DNA from: Scenedesmus sp. PABB004
Lineage: Eukaryota
Assembly: GCA_014905635.1 (NCBI GenBank)
Contig: CM026547.1
Span: 2,046,001-2,110,000, forward strand
Length of the DNA: 64,000 nucleotides
Reading direction: 5' to 3'
Shown here: in pieces, positions 62,966 to 64,000 of the stretch
Numbering within the stretch: the first letter of the stretch is position 1
Layout of the letters: each line of letters starts with the position of its first letter
Made by a program: the position numbers and the translations under genes
The notes under the pieces: generated by a model
Told to the model about the DNA's origin: nothing
Database searches by the model: none
Seen by the model: the letters and a program-made list of their open reading frames with translations, nothing else

Positions 62966-64000
62966 GGCGGCGCCGCGCGCGCGGCGGCCACCGACCGAGG
63001 GCTGGGGACGGAGCAGTTGCTCTGCGTGCGCACACCCACAGCCCGCGCCATGGAACGGCGCCGCTCTCCTGCTGCTGCGGGGCGGGGCGCTGGGGCGCGT
63101 GCGCCCCGCCGCCCGGCGGGGCGCGGGGCGCGGGGCGGACGGCGGGGCCGGACGGCGGGGCGGGCGGCTCGGTCGCCCATCTTTGGCGCGCGCGCCGCGC
63201 GCCGTGCTTTGCATCTCCATGTGTTGATCGTTTGCCGCGGCCGGCCGCGCGCCGGCGGCGGTGCTGACGAGCGGAGCGCGCGCGCCCGATGCGCGCGCGC
63301 CTGGCTGCGACGGGGATATTGCGCGCCCTCCAGAGCGGCGCCCGCGCGGCGGCAGGCAGCCTGTGCTGCTGCCGCCGCGCCGTCGCGCGGCGCCATGTGC
63401 CGCGGCGGATGCACATGGCGCCAGCTTTTTGCGGCGGCGGCGGCGGGGGGCGGCGCACGTGTGGGTGCAGCGGCGGGCCGGACCCCGGCGCGGCCGCAGC
63501 GGCGGCGGCGCGCGGCGGCACACGGTGCAGGAGGACGGCGGCACGGCACGGCCCTCGCGCGTGGGCATGCAAACGCATGCGCATGCGCACCTGTACAGGC
63601 CGTGGTTTTGAGCGGCGACAGGCCAGTTTTGGGGCGGGCGGGCGGGCGGAGCGCGCGTTGGGGGCGGCGTGTGTGCTCGCCCCTTCGCGGCGGTCGTGGC
63701 GACGACGACGATTGTGAGGTGCGGGGGGGGCGCCGGCCCTCGCCGCCGTGCTGGAGACGCAACGTAGGAGGGTTGCTTTGTTTGCGGCCTCCAGGCTGCC
63801 GCCGCCGGCCGCCTGGATGTCTGCTGTTTGTGTGGCGCGCGCGCGCGGGGCGGACAGGAGGAGGACGGACGGCGACAAGGGTAGCGGCAGGCGCGGGCGG
63901 GGCGGCGTCGGGACGGGTTGCGGGCCTGCCGCACAGGCAGCCGCCGCGCAACAGCACACGGGCACGAAGCGGCGCGGCCGGACGGCCGCGCCGCACGGTT

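Noticed and set aside
62966..64000. ORFs at the right edge of the window
   Set aside because: No motifs or coding-like codon pattern; probably UTR/intergenic

Overview
Eukaryotic, extremely GC-rich, intron-rich DNA with TGTAA poly(A) signals, most consistent with a chlorophyte green alga (inference). The window is gene-dense. Host genes: the 3' part of a UPL1/HUWE1-type HECT ligase, NAD kinase, a hypothetical protein, DUF92/TMEM19, two RAP-domain proteins, an Eyes-absent phosphatase, an FAD monooxygenase, DNA polymerase eta, an F-box/MBD4-like glycosylase fusion, a PIMT-BTB fusion, MPS1 kinase, a SHIPPO-repeat protein, plastid GrpE, XAP5, a Pol I-type 5'-3' exonuclease and a DUF506 protein. 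The standout is a minus-strand element at ~52.6-60 kb. It encodes a very large (~2,100 aa if stitched), intron-containing Fanzor1/TnpB-like RuvC protein with an apparent N-terminal OTU cysteine-protease domain and NLS-like basic tracts. Downstream are a hairpin-rich candidate omegaRNA and two tandem Helitron-like hairpin+CTAG|T ends. This copy looks decayed: an in-frame TAG, a catalytic E->K change and frameshifts. Many single-base frameshifts in conserved host genes suggest assembly indels, so exon boundaries are approximate. All calls come from motif recognition by eye; no searches were run.
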